Shown here in pieces: positions 1 to 12,944 of a stretch of DNA of 64,000 nt. The translations under genes and the position numbers were made by a program. Numbering within the stretch: position 1 is the first letter of the stretch; each line of letters opens with the position of its first letter. Under the pieces are notes generated by a model. It was not told the origin of the DNA, did not search any database, and worked only from the letters and a program-made list of their open reading frames with translations. The stretch is from the human T2T-CHM13v2.0 reference genome, Homo sapiens, in assembly GCF_009914755.1 (NCBI RefSeq), contig NC_060935.1. The stretch is one strand, 5' to 3'.

Positions 1-2960
1 GGGACACTGGATTTTGTTAAATGCTTTTTCTGTGTCTATTGAGATGATTATGTGATATTTGTTTTTAATTCTGTTTATGTGGTGTATCACATTTATTGAC
101 TTAACGTATGTTAAACTTGCATCCCTGGTATGAAACCCAGTTGATCATGGTGGATTATCTTTTTGATATGCTATTGGATTTGGTTCACTAGTGTTTTGTG
201 GAGGATTTTTGCATCTGTGTTCATCAGGGATATTGGTCTATAGTTTTCTTATTTTGTTATGTCCTTTCCTGGTTTTGATATTAGGGTGATACTGGCTTCA
301 TAGATTGATTTAGGGAGGATTCCCATCTTCTCTATGTTTTTGAATAGTGTCAATAGGATTGGTACCAATTCTTCTTTGAATGTCTTATAGAATTAAGCTG
401 TGAATCCATCAAGATTTTAAAATTACCATTTCAATCCTGCTGCTTGTTATTGGTCTGTTAAGAGGTTCTATATCTTCCTGGTTTAATCTAGGCGGGTTGT
501 ATATTTCCAGAAATTTATCCATCTCCTCTGGGTTTTCTAGTTTATGTGCATAAAGGTGTTCATAGTAGCCTTGAATAATCTTTTGTATTTCTGTGGTGTC
601 AGTTGTAACATCTCCCATTTCTTTCTAATTGAGCTAATTTGTATCTTCTCTCTTCTTTTCTTGGTTAATCTTGCAAATGGTCTATCAATTTTATTTTTTC
701 AAAGAATGAACTTTTTGTTTCATTTATCTTTTGTATTTTTTTTGTTTCAATTTCATTTAGTTCTGCTCTAATCTTCGTTATTTTTTTTTTCTGTTGGGTT
801 TGGGTTTGGATTGTTCTTGTTTCTTCAGTTCCATGAGGTGTGACCTTAGATTGTCTATTTATACTCTTTCGTACTTTTTGATATAGGCATTTAATGCTAT
901 GAGCTTTCCTCTTGGCACCATCTTTGCTGTATTTTAGAGGTTTTGATAGGTTGTATTACTATTATAATTCAGTTCAAACAATTTTTCAACTTCCATTTTG
1001 ATTTCATTGTTGACCCAACAATCATTCAGGAGCAGGTTATTTAATTTCCACATATTTGCATCGTTTTGAAGGTCCCTTTTGGAGTTGATTTCCAGTTTTA
1101 TTCCACAGTGGTCTGACAGAGTACTTGATATAATTTCGATTTTCTTAAATGTACTGAGACTTGTTTTGTGGCCTGTCATATGGTCTATTTTGGAGAATGT
1201 TCCATGTGCTGATGAATAGAATGTATATTCTGCTGTCATTGGCTAGAATGCTCTGTAAATATCTGTTAAGTCCATTTGTTGTAGGGTATAGTTTAAGTCC
1301 ATTATTTCTTTGTTGACTTTCTGTCTTGATGACTTGTCTAGTGCTGTCAGTGGAGTATTAAAGTTTCTCACTATTATTGTGTTGATGTTTATCTCATTTC
1401 TTAGGTCTAGTAGTAATTGTTTCATAAATTTGGGACTGCCATTGTTAGGTGCATATATGTTTAGGATTGTGATATTTTCCTGTTGGACTAGTCCTTTTAT
1501 CGTTATATAATGTCCCTCTTTGTCTTTTTTAATTGCTGTTGCTTTAAAGTTTGTTATGTCTGATATAAGAATAGCTACTCTTGCTTACTTTTGGTGTCCA
1601 TTTGCATGGAATATGTTTTTCCACCCCTTTACCTTAAGTTTATGAGAGTCCTTATTGTGTCAGGTGAGTCTCTTTTAGACAGCAGAAACTTGGTTGGTGA
1701 ATTCTTATCCATTCTGCCATTGTGTATCTTTTAAGTGGAGCATTTACGCCATTTACGTTCAGTGTTAGTATTGAGATGGGAGGTTTAGATCCATTGCTGA
1801 TGAACTGGTATAATATTTTGGGGGTGTTAAAGAACCTTGTTTTGTCATATTACCACAATTGTTTTTCTGGTTCCTTCTCATTTGGGTAGACTATGTCAGA
1901 GGGAAGATCTGGGATTCAAGTGCAGCTGATCAGATTCTTTTGTCTCATGGGGCGCTCCCTTGCTGTGATGGTCTTTCCCTTCCCCTAGGAATGGGTAGTT
2001 CTGAGATCTGAACTGTAGTGATTGTTTTTGCGCTTCTGGGTCTAGCTACCCAGCAGAGCTACTGGGCTCTGGGCTGGTGTTGGGGAGTGTCTGCACAGAG
2101 TCCTGTGATGTGATCTGTCTTCAGGTATCTTAGCTGTGGATACCAGCACCTGCTCCACTGGAGGTAGCAGGGGAATGAAGTGAACTCTGTGATGGTCATT
2201 GGTTGTGTTTTTGTTTAGTGTGCTGGTTTTGTGTTGGTTGGCCTCCAGCCAGGAGGTGGCCCTTTCAAGAGTGCATCAGCTGTGGTCCTATAGGGAGGAT
2301 GCAAACTTGCCCTAGGGACACCTGGTTAACTCTTCAGGTTTCTCAGGCGGTGGGCAGGGCCTTAGAGCTTTCAAGATATTATGACCTTTGTTTTTGGCTA
2401 CCAGGGTGGGTAGAGAAAGAACACCTGGTGGGGGCAGGGATAGATGTATCTGAGCTCAGCCTCTCCTTTGGTGGGGCTTGTTGTGGCTGCTGTGGGGGAT
2501 GGGGGTGTGGTTTCCAGTCCAATGTAATTATATTCCCAGGGGGATTATGGCTACCTCTGCTGAGTCATGCAGGTCACCCAGGGTAGTGGGGGAAAGCCAG
2601 CAGGCACAGGCCTCACCGGCCTCCTATGTAGTCTGCAGTCCTAAAGGCTGGTCTCACTCCCACCATGCCCCAACAGCACCAAATGTATTTCCAGGCAGCC
2701 AGTGACCAGGGCTGAGAACTTGCCCCAGACCATGAGCCTTCTGTTGAGAAAGCAAGCGGACTTAAGTTTTTTGGTATCTCAGGGAGCCTGCAGTGGTGAC
2801 CCAGTTCCTTCAAAGGGTCTGTGGATTCTTTTGGCTTTCCTAGTATGTTCCTGCAGTAGTTCTTGCAGCGAAAGTTCACCATGTAAGTCTCCACATGCTC
2901 CTCTGTCTGTCTGAGTGGGAGCTGCAAGCTAGTCCTGCTTGCTATCTGTCATCTTAATCC
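1..2960 (-). mobile_element. Older primate L1 (L1PB/L1PA13-16-like), 5' portion: 5'UTR, ORF1 start, internal deletion, ORF2 EN/Z region running off the window
   Basis: minus-strand ORF2-like peptides ([26 protein letters not shown]); ORF1 start MRRNQKNN at 1881; 5' end ggattaagatg near 2960. Confidence 0.9.
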
Positions 2961-3500
2961 TAATTGACTTATATTCTTGATTGTTCAATTTTTGACATTA
3001 TCTATTAATTTCATACTGTGTATTAAAATTTATTCATCTTATTTCCTTTCTTGTATACTTTTTGCTTCTTAATATAAGAATTGCCTCCTTTTTTTAGTTG
3101 ATTATATTTTTCTGTTTACGTATCACAAATTTATCCACAGTTTCTCTGTCAGAGCCCTGAAACATCTTCATTGATCTGTGTGTTCTATTTATTTTTTCTT
3201 AGCTTTAGGCCTGCTGCTTAAGGCTGTTGTCTTGGGGCTTCTCTTCAGCATTGTTCTAGAGATTACCTATTGTATTCTTTTATTATGAATTCCTGTCTTT
3301 CTCTTCCTTCCTTTAGTTCTTCAGGTTTCTAGAACACATCTTCCATGGTAGAAAGAGTATATGAGCTGGAACATATTTTGAGATTTGCATGTCTAAAAGT
3401 GTCTATAATATATTATTGTATGTGATCAATAATTGGGTTGTGTTTAAATACTAGACTAGAAATAGTTTTAGCTCACAATTTTGAAGGCCTTATTCTATTG

Positions 3501-3696
3501 CAGTAATTCTCAAAATTTGGTTCCTAGACCAGCAGCATCAGCATCACTTTGGAACTTGTTAAAAGTGCAGATTTTTAAACTCCACCCAAACTAACTGATT
3601 CTGATTCAGATATATTGAGGGGGAGGGGACAGTAAGCCCTCGCAATCTCTGTTTTGACGGGTAATTTTGGTGTACACTGAAGTTTGAGAACCCCTG
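3501..3696 (+). mobile_element. MER5A-like hAT MITE
   Basis: cagtaattctcaaa...tttgagaacccctg terminal inverted repeats; accagcagcatcagcatcac core. Confidence 0.85.
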
Positions 3697-4336
3697 CTGT
3701 ACTCTCCTCTAGAGTTCAGTGTTGCTTTTAAAAAGTCTAATGCTACTTTGATTCCCAGTGTTTTGTATGTTACCCCATATTTTTAGGGAGTTAGGAAGCT
3801 TTCTTGACCTGTCTGATCCTTGGTTGTTAGTTATTAATCGTGAGTTTTAGAAGTCTGACTGGAAGCCCTGAGTGTGTGGCCTGGGCTCCTTGGCTGCTGA
3901 GCATCACTGTAAGGCGATCAAATATGGACTGGCCATTTTATGGCAACCCCTTAATATTTGTGGGTATTTTGAGAGGATAAGGTGTCAGTCATTTTACTGT
4001 AAAAGAATCTTTTTATCTTTCACCTAGGATGTGTGCATAGAGGTTGATGGAGATGAGTAAGGGCATAAGCTAGACTTGCAGCATTCTGGGTTATATTAGC
4101 GGTAGTCAGCTCTCAATAGAGGATGGATTCTGAGGTCCAACTCTTTGTAATATCAATTATTAAATAATCTTCTGTATTTAGCTTTATTGTTACCTTCATA
4201 AGTATCTGTACATTTTCTGAACATTTTAGGATTCTGCTTTTTTTGGCTCCTCTTTGTATAGGCATTTTAGCTTTTGGCTTTTTGCGTTCCGGTGTGTTAG
4301 TTATTACTTTTTAAAAGTTTATTGAACTTTGAGGGT

Positions 4337-4458
4337 GCAGGATGCTGAGGTGGGAAGATTGCTTAAGCCTAGGAGTTTGAGGCTGCAGTGGGCTCTGATC
4401 GTACCACTGCACTCTAGCCTGAGAAACAGAGTGAGACTCTGTCTCTTAAAAAAAGAAA
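4337..4458 (+). mobile_element. Alu monomer fragment (FRAM/AluJ right-arm type)
   Basis: gaggctgcagtg...ccactgcactctagcctg...gagactctgtctc plus A tail. Confidence 0.85.
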
Positions 4459-4835
4459 GTTATTTTTGAAATTTCTCCTATTTCATACTTTCCTCTTTTG
4501 ATCTCTGTGCATATGTATCTTTCTTATTTTCTTGGCTTCATTTTAGTAGGGTTCTAGAAGGGATAGAAGATAAATAAATATGTTTACCATTTTTATCCAG
4601 AAATTTACACGTATGAGTGTTTTTAAATATAAATTCCTAGAAGTGGTATAGTTGGGTCAGAGGAAACACTTCTAATTTTAGCGTTGCTTTTCAAATTAAA
4701 TTCTAAGTAAAGGTCTTATAATACTGAGTTACTGACAGTTTTAATTGTCATATGATTACATTTTAAGGTGCTGCTGCTGCTTTATAGTTGATATCTAAAA
4801 TAGAATGACTTGTATAATATTGAGTTATATTTTAG

Positions 4836-4922
4836 GAATCTGAAGAAAACTGAAGACAGAAAAAGGAAACTAGAGGAGCTTCTTAATTCTGTTGGTCAAA
4901 AGGTATCAGAACTCAAAGAAAA
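4836..4922 (+). CDS. DYNC2H1: DYNC2H1 exon, 87 nt, phase 2-2, stalk coiled coil: NLKKTEDRKRKLEELLNSVGQKVSELKE(K)
   Basis: ttttag acceptor, gtaagt donor, open frame joining next exon. Confidence 0.95.
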
Positions 4923-5789
4923 GTAAGTTATATTTTGAAGTGTATTTTGGATAATGCTGAGAGTGTTTACATTTGACATCTTGATTTCTTTCTTGTTTTG
5001 ACTTTTAAGATTTAGACTCTTATGTCAGATGATGCTGTGGGACCCAGTAGTCTATAATCTTTTTAAGGGTACATTATTATGTTTAAAAATTCTATCCTTT
5101 TAACTTTTTTCTCTTTTGTGTTAAAAAAATTTCTTCATGCAAATGTTATACTCAAGTTAAGGATCATTTTTGAATATTATTAGTTTTAAAGCCTTTCATG
5201 TATCCCATTTAGTACAGGGTAGAAAATATTGGTATGGGAATTATAAATGTTAGAACATTTTCTTTTAAAAGTTGTGAAGATTGAAAAGCTGAATAATATC
5301 TGATTTAATACAGTGTATGTTGAAGTGATGTATCATACTTCCTTTTTTAATGGAAGCAAAACTAATTATTTTACCAAGAAATTATTCAGATTAAAACTAT
5401 GAATTTTTTCTCTACGTTCAGGAAACAATTTTCTCTCTCTCTGTGTGTGTTTCTCTCTCCCCCTCTCTCTCTTCTTCAGTTTCTCTTTCTGTCTCACCAA
5501 TATATACTTATAGAGAAATACTTATAGAAAAAAATCAAACCGAAAAGAAAACCCCAAACCAATAAACCCAGTGTTTTCAATATTCCTGAACAATTATGTT
5601 AGAAATATAGGAAATAATTCACATCATTTTTTCCAGGTATTATTAGAGAAGTATAAGAAAAATAAGTATAATGTATTATTTTCACTGTCATGTGCTCACA
5701 ATCAGCACTTAATATTCAGCTAATTCTCAAATATTTATTGAATAATTAGCTTGTTATGGCAATGTTTTGACTTCATTTATTAGTCACTT

Positions 5790-6011
5790 GCTGTGTTAGG
5801 TGTTATACTGGGTAATTTATGTATTTATTTCTTTAATCCTTAAAACAATGATGAGAAGTAAATCTATTTCTATTTAGCAGATTAGGAAGGTTAAAATTAT
5901 ATAGTCTTTTTTGTCTGAAGTTGAGCAGCTAGTAAAATACTAAGCCATGTTAGATACTAGATTTGTCTAATTCCATAAAGTTTCTGCTCTTAACCATTGC
6001 ACCATACTACC
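5790..6011 (-). mobile_element. MIR fragment
   Basis: degenerate MIR core and terminal ccatactacc. Confidence 0.55.
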
Positions 6012-6425
6012 ATTATTTTGGAAGGATTATTATAAGAACTTTTGGAATTAACTTTTAATTTTAAATAAAACAGAATGACATTTTTCATTATAGAGTCATT
6101 GTCGAGAATGAATTAATGTTGGTTACCATGCTGTTACTTATACTGATCCTTAATTAAGGTTTAATTGACTCTAGGCCATGAGTAACAGTCTTATTTTCTT
6201 ATACATCAACAAAGAATAAAGGACTTGAAAAATAAGCATGATCTATCAATTTTTAAATTCTAATTTTACAAAATTAAAGAGATGGTTTCCATTTCTAATA
6301 CAACTTATACAGAGATATGAGAGTTGATTTAATGCAACAAATATTCATTGCAAAACCATGTTCAAGGTGTAATATGAAATGTTGTGGTCAATAAAGATGC
6401 AGCTTTCCATTTCCAGGTTTTAGAA

Positions 6426-6635
6426 CAGTGCTGTTTAATGGAACTTCATGAGATTATGGAAATGTTCTGTGCTCTGTGTTATCCAGTATGGTAGCCAATA
6501 GTCATATGCAGTTACTGAGCACTTGCAATGTTTGTAATATGACTGAGGAATTGAATTTAAAATTTTATTTATCTTTAATAATTTAAATTTAAATAGCCGT
6601 AAAGTGGCTAGTGGTTATTTGTCCATATTGGACAA
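6426..6635 (+). mobile_element. MER3-like hAT MITE
   Basis: cagtgctgtttaatggaact...atggtagccaatagtcatatg...gtggctagtgg...catattggaca. Confidence 0.8.
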
Positions 6636-7404
6636 ATTGGTTCTAGAGTCTTATGTCTAGGGAAAGAAGGAAGAAGGCACTTAGAAAGACAATGAAATAT
6701 ACTGTAAAGTACATGCAACTTAATGCCAGTCACATCTGTATATGAATTTTAGATCCTCTGCTGATTATTGATGAGAACCTGAGAAATAATTTATTTGGGT
6801 TTAAGTTTACATATGTATAGCATAAGATTTATAATACTTAACTGGAACTGTTCTGGAGAATTAAATGCTGGTTTTTTTTTTTGATGCTTGGCACCACCCT
6901 GGGCATATTATAAACACTTACACATATTTGTTGAATGACTAAATAATCATGTCAAATATTACTATTACATTTAATAAAATCACACACATATTTTTCAAGG
7001 AAAATAATTTAAAAAGAAAATCATAAAGATCAATGAATATAGGGAGAGATTATATATAATGTACTAAAATGAATTTTGAAATTTTATTTGTATTTTTAGT
7101 GGTAGATGTTAGAGGGGGTTGGGCTGTGGGGTGAGGAAGGGTGTGGTTGGAAGATACTCTAGGCAAATGGAACATTCTGAAGAACACTGGAGATGAAGGA
7201 TAGGATATTTACTGATAATGTAAAATTCTTCCGATATTGACATATATTAATGGTTTTGCTGATCAGTAATATAATGAAATAAAACTAGAAAGACAGATGG
7301 GATGTTTAGGACAGTGCCTTGAATGCCGTATTGGCAAATTTTTATATAATGCAGTACAGCACGGAGGCCCTGTCAAGTTTTTTGAGGTAGAGAATGCTAC
7401 ACTT

Positions 7405-7408
<4 letters not shown>

Positions 7409-7454
<46 letters not shown>
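7409..7454. repeat. (TG)23 microsatellite
   Basis: direct read; about 150 bp upstream of the acceptor at 7608. Confidence 0.95.
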
Positions 7455-7458
<4 letters not shown>

Positions 7459-7607
7459 TCTCTTCTATTAATGATACTTTGTATGCAAACATTAATAGTA
7501 TTATCATTAAATTATGGCATAAAAGTTTACTTTATTACCTATGGATAATTTCATTAAATCTCTCCCAAATCCTTTTTGCTTTTAATTAAATTTTAATGTT
7601 TACATAG

Positions 7608-7734
7608 ATTTCAGAGCAGGACTTCAGAAGCTGCCAAACTTGAGGCTGAAGTAAGCAAGGCACAAGAAACAATCAAAGCTGCAGAAGTCTTAATTAATCA
7701 GCTTGACAGAGAACATAAGAGATGGAATGCACAG
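7608..7734 (+). CDS. DYNC2H1: DYNC2H1 exon, 127 nt: FQSRTSEAAKLEAEVSKAQETIKAAEVLINQLDREHKRWNAQ
   Basis: catag acceptor, CAG/gtttgt donor; end-of-stalk E-x-x-RW motif. Confidence 0.96.
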
Positions 7735-8229
7735 GTTTGTTTGAGAGAGGGGCCATGAGGAGTCTACCTTTAAAATGCAGGAAATCTATAATGTAATGTA
7801 TGTTAAGAAAAAGGAGAGAAAGATCCATTAATTTGCACCTGGCTCAGGATAAATAATCTGGATATAAATGGCCATTATGTGAATTACTCTTTAAACAAAG
7901 CGTCTTTATATGAATAGATTTTTAGGCAAAGCAGCCTATTTTCCTTTCAGTTCCGTATGTTATGAGAGATGAGCAGGATGAAAATGGGTGGATGGAAAAC
8001 TTAGTACTCCTTAGAATTTTCTTTGAATTTACCTTCACCAGGACAGTAATTTTAGGATTTGACACTGTTGGCTATTTATTTTTTCTTGAAATATTTTATT
8101 ATTTTGACTTTTTAGTGTTGTCTCTTGTTTTTTCTTGGTTTATTTCTGAAATCAGTTAAGCTTCCTTTCCTTTCCTGATCCTCCTCATCTGCTCATCCAG
8201 TAATGTTGATTGTCCTTGTTATTCTCTTC

Positions 8230-8800
8230 CACAGCAGCTTTTTCTGCAACTGCCTTGGGGGTTATCTCATCCCTTCATAATATCACCTACACCTTCATAA
8301 TGACCAGAGCTACATTTCCAGACTACTGAGTTTTAAATGTGTATTTCCAACTATACATTAGACATTTGCATTTAATTGTCTCTGAGGAACTCAAACCCAA
8401 CATGTCTAAATTATTTTCTTTTTCTTATTCCAAGTCTCCTTTATTTTCTGTTTCACTGGAGGCATCTTTCTTTGGGCATCAATACTAAAAACATATGGGT
8501 TGTCTTAGACTCTTCCCTGTTTACTTGTCATATCAATTTGCAAATATTCTTTATATTTGTCTTCTATCTTTAATGCCAATTTCTTTTCATTTCTCATCTC
8601 ACTTTTTTAATGTATCCTCCTATCTGACCCTTTAATTAGTTCACCCTTCATTTGTCAGCTGAATTATCTTTATAAAACCCAATCTGATTACATTACTCAT
8701 TGCTTGCTTAAATGCTTTCAATGGCTCACGTCACAGTTTAAAATAGAAATTCCTTTGCATGTCGTGGAAAACCTTTCACAATCTGCCTTTAATTAGCTCT
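8230..8800 (+). mobile_element. L2 fragments (strand uncertain)
   Basis: degenerate L2 motifs (ctcaaacccaacatgtctaaa, cttaaatgctttcaatggctc). Confidence 0.5.
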
Positions 8801-9245
8801 ATCTCTCTTCTTTCCTTTAATATAACTACTCTTTCTGCTGAATCTTGTGCTTTATTTACAATAACCTTTTTGCTAATGGGTCTTCATGCTGTAGCTTTGT
8901 TTTGTCCCTTTGTTCATTCTCTGTGTCTTAATCTTAGTTTACAAAGTGGTGCAAACTCACATTTAACTGTGATTGGGATGAAAATTCTGCTTTCTTTAAA
9001 ATCGTTAAGAACTTTCAATGACTAAATATGTTTGTTTCTACAAATATATTAGGATTTTATACTTTTAAAAAATATCACAGCAGAGTCTGAGATCTTTTTG
9101 ATATTTTTACATTTTGACTGTTACATTCAAAACAAGTTATTACCTGTGATTTTCCCCCTCACAGTCAAAACCATAAAACTGTCATTTTCTTTAATGTTAG
9201 AACATACTCATATATCTCCCTCTTTCTTCTCTCTCTTTTTTCCAG

Positions 9246-9387
9246 GTTGTAGAGATAACAGAGGAATTAGCTACTCTTCCTAAAAGAGCTCAACTTGCTG
9301 CTGCATTTATTACATATCTTTCTGCTGCTCCTGAATCTCTGAGAAAAACCTGTTTGGAAGAATGGACCAAGTCAGCTGGTCTTGAGA
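9246..9387 (+). CDS. DYNC2H1: DYNC2H1 exon, 142 nt: VVEITEELATLPKRAQLAAAFITYLSAAPESLRKTCLEEWTKSAGLE(K)
   Basis: long pyrimidine tract plus ccag acceptor; AGA/gtttgt donor, duplicated 30 nt downstream; LAAAFITY dynein motif. Confidence 0.95.
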
Positions 9388-9439
9388 GTTTGTATTTAGT
9401 TATTCCTGATCTTGAGAGTTTGTATTTAGTTATTCCTGA
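9380..9439. repeat. Perfect 2 x 30-bp tandem duplication spanning a splice donor
   Basis: tcttgagagtttgtatttagttattcctga at 9380-9409 and 9410-9439. Confidence 0.98.
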
Positions 9440-10003
9440 ATTTAAAATTTCAATATACTAAAAATAGACCCTTTATTCTCTGTTATTTTACCTTTTTTAA
9501 ATGGGGGAAATTTTATATGGGTTCCAAGGATACCCTAGCTACTTTAGATTTGCTGAATTCCACAAATGTTCTTGAATTTGCTTTATTAATATGATTTTTC
9601 TATTCTTAAATCACTGTAAAAAACTGAGATGACTGAATTATTTTTGATATTGCATAGATGCAATTAAACATTATGTTACTTTTATTTTTATAATAATTTT
9701 ATTTCATAGGCTGAGATGCAAGAACTTTAAAATTCTTTGTGATGTTAGTGGTATTTTACAAAATTATTTTAGTTTGTGAAACAGTCACTCAAAGAAATAG
9801 GACTTCGTGGAGTTCCATTCCTTTGCACTTTTTGTTTTTGTTTTAGACTTTTTTCTCCGTGGGTTTGGGTGTTAAATGTGGAAGAATGGGTTTCAAGTAA
9901 GGACTGTCATAGGACTTTTGTTTCGGAATAAATAGCTTTATTTCCTTCCCTTCATCAAGTACAAGATCGTTGTGAAGTATTATCAATATCTTCAACTTTT
10001 CAG

Positions 10004-10113
10004 AATTTGATCTGAGGAGATTTCTTTGTACTGAAAGTGAGCAGTTAATTTGGAAAAGTGAAGGCCTACCATCAGATGACCTTTCCATAGAAAATGCTCT
10101 TGTAATATTACAG
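10004..10113 (+). CDS. DYNC2H1: DYNC2H1 exon, 110 nt: (K)FDLRRFLCTESEQLIWKSEGLPSDDLSIENALVILQ
   Basis: tttcag acceptor, CAG/gtagtt donor; W-x-x-EGLPSDDLSIENA AAA5 motif. Confidence 0.97.
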
Positions 10114-11862
10114 GTAGTTAATTTATTTTAATTTTTTTATTAGAAATGTTTTATTGTCAAGCTTGCTGTAGAAATTGTGTTCTTCGTATTCTTAGTCTTT
10201 CACAGTTACCCTTTTCTTACTAAAATAAAAATATTTTAATAATGAAAACCCATCAATGATTCAGTTAGTGAGTGTAAGACTTTCTGTATAATTTATTTTT
10301 TACCTTAATATAAAAGTATAAAGTGGCATTCTTTTGATGGCAAAATATTCTAAATTGTATTTCCTAATAGTAATAGAAATATTTTAGGGATACCCAATTC
10401 ATTGGTTATATAGTTTCTTCATGAGTACAGACTAGAATATATGACTTCATAAATTTTATGTTTTTATTTCATTTTATTTTGCCAAACAAAATTAGCAAAA
10501 AGTGAAGATAAGTTTTGGCTTATCAATTAGAGATAATCATACACATAATTTGGAAATTTGTTTTGTCACATAGTGCACATTTTCCAAAGCTATTTAAAAT
10601 GGAAAATAGCATAACCTTATTATCAGTGAGTGTGAAAACCAAATTCAAAGCCATGTACACAAATAAATAATCACTTGAATAAAGTTTGATTTTTCCCATT
10701 AACTTGGTTTACTTTTCTTGATATGGAAATTGGAAGATGATTTTTACTTCTTGATAATGTGATTTTTCTGTTCTTTCTGTCAATAGTTTATATTTCATAA
10801 TAAATATTAGTATTCCTTTTCCTCTCAGTAATCCTTCTCTCTGCCTACACACTATTTCCTTATTCTTATTTTTTAACTCCATAGTCTCAAAGAAAGCATG
10901 AACATTAAACATGCTCCTCTTTATGTAGCATAAACTGTATTATAAGATTCATATTTTAGGTGCTGTTCATTACTTGATAATTTGTTCTGTTTTATTAGAC
11001 CTATTAATCAGCTGACTATGCTTCAGCTCACTGTATTGGTAACTTACCGGTAGAGAAGTTGCTGACCACTAATTGAATAGTTTTGCTTTCTATTAATTTG
11101 ATTTTGCCTGTTTTTAAATTTACTTTTAAAATTTTTTTTATTATTTTCACAATGGAATCACAAATATGAAACTCTAAATGCTTATGTAAATAAATGTATT
11201 ACATTATAGCAAACTATATGCTTTTTATTATATTTGTTATTCCCTCCCTAAGGTTTCATAGCCACATCTTTTTCCTGTTTCAATAATCCAAGAAAGCAAT
11301 TGATTGCAAATTAAAAAAAAAAAGGTTTAAGAATTCTTTTTTATTCCATAAGAAACAAGGGGAGGGTGGTAAGTCTGTAGACAAAATATGTTTATCAGAA
11401 TAATTTTTTTACCAATGTTAATTGAAAATGCTTAGTTTTGTATTCTGAATTGTCTTTCATGATGGATATGGGAAATTGCCTTTGAAATTAATAAGCTTAA
11501 ATTTACTTTGTATTTAACATTGCTAAGTTCCTTTTAGATAATTACTTGCATTTATATGACAAAACAAAAATCATTGGAAACATTTCTTAGGGTAATTAGT
11601 TATTTCGTTGAAATGAATTTGCTGTTATGGTCGACACTCCATCTCAGTTTTAAGGTGTACTAGATTTAAAATTAGTTGTAGTTTAAGGGTGTGATTGGAT
11701 AGCACGTAATCTGTAACATCAACTCATTAACATCACCATGTACGTAAAATTAAATCTGTAAATATATATTAGTTGGGCTTCTGGGAAAAGATGGCTAGAC
11801 ATGATAAATAATATGCATTTGTGATTCAGAGATATAATCTCCTCATTAACTATGCTAAAGCT

Positions 11863-12181
11863 GGCCTGGTGTAGTGGCTCATGCTTGTAATCCCAGCACT
11901 TTGGGAGGCAAGGCGGGTGGATCACTTGAGGTCAGAAGTTTGAGACCAGCCTGACCAACATGGTGACACCCTGTCTCTACTAGAAATATAAAAATTAGCT
12001 GGGCATTTTGTCATGCACCTGTAACTCCAGCTACTCAGGAGGCTGAGACAGGAGAATTGCTTGAAACTGGGAGGCAGAAGTTGTAGTGAGCCGAGATCAC
12101 ACCACCGCATACTCCAGCCTGGGTGACAGAGTGAAACTTCTCAAAACACACACACATACACACACACACACACACACCCCA
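11863..12181 (+). mobile_element. AluS element with a (CA)n tail
   Basis: full dimer; TSD atgctaaagct at 11852-11862 and 12182-12192. Confidence 0.95.
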
Positions 12182-12452
12182 ATGCTAAAGCTTTTCTGAG
12201 GTTCTCCCTCTCAGCGGAGGAGGCTTTGCTAAGAAAGGCTTTTGTGTCTAAAACTATTCTTTTATTGGTCTTACAAAGATGCTTAAAATTCTCATATTTA
12301 GGTTAAGCTAACTATTGAAGTGCATGTATTGCCGCAGAGAGTAATTAGTCAAATCCTTACATACCCTTGGTCTTACAACAGGAATTAGTTTTACTACGTT
12401 AGCAGAAAGCTCATGTGACCTATGTATTTGAGAGACAGGGAAAAATTTGGCC

Positions 12453-12578
12453 ATAGTGATCATATGTCCTGGATTGCTTGGTCTATGGTTTGCACTTGTT
12501 GTCCTGATACAATTATTAATAGTTTTCCTTTCACTCTCAACAGTGTCCTGGTTTGGGTGATAAATTATATGATCTAAT
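12453..12578 (+). mobile_element. MER94-like hAT-Blackjack MITE
   Basis: gtgatcatatgtcctgg...aattattaatag...tttcactctcaacagtgtcctggtttgg...taaattatatgatc. Confidence 0.75.
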
Positions 12579-12944
12579 ATTGGTCAACTCAGTGGATAAT
12601 GGAAAGTATAATAAGGCTGTTAGAAACTATGGAGAAGGTGTGAGTGAAAAGCATCAAGAAAGGAAGTGGAGAAGATGACTAATTAAAATATCAGATTTTA
12701 TATGGGTTTTTCTTGTGATGACATCTATTGAATATTTGTGTTTTATTGTTATAGACAGTTCAGTGTCAAATTGGTTTTAACCACTCAAAATTTCATAGAT
12801 TTTTTTTTCTTGCTGCCTTTTGGTATATGCTGAGGAAATGCAAACTAATGTGATACTAGTCTAAGAATATAAAATTATAATGGTAAATTTACAACTTTAA
12901 AGTTAACTTCTCCACATAGGAAAAAGTTTTTCAATCCTTACATA

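Noticed and set aside
9843-10088. Minus-strand 81-aa ORF (and the similar 31192..31416)
   Set aside because: Antisense shadow of real DYNC2H1 exons; no independent gene signals.
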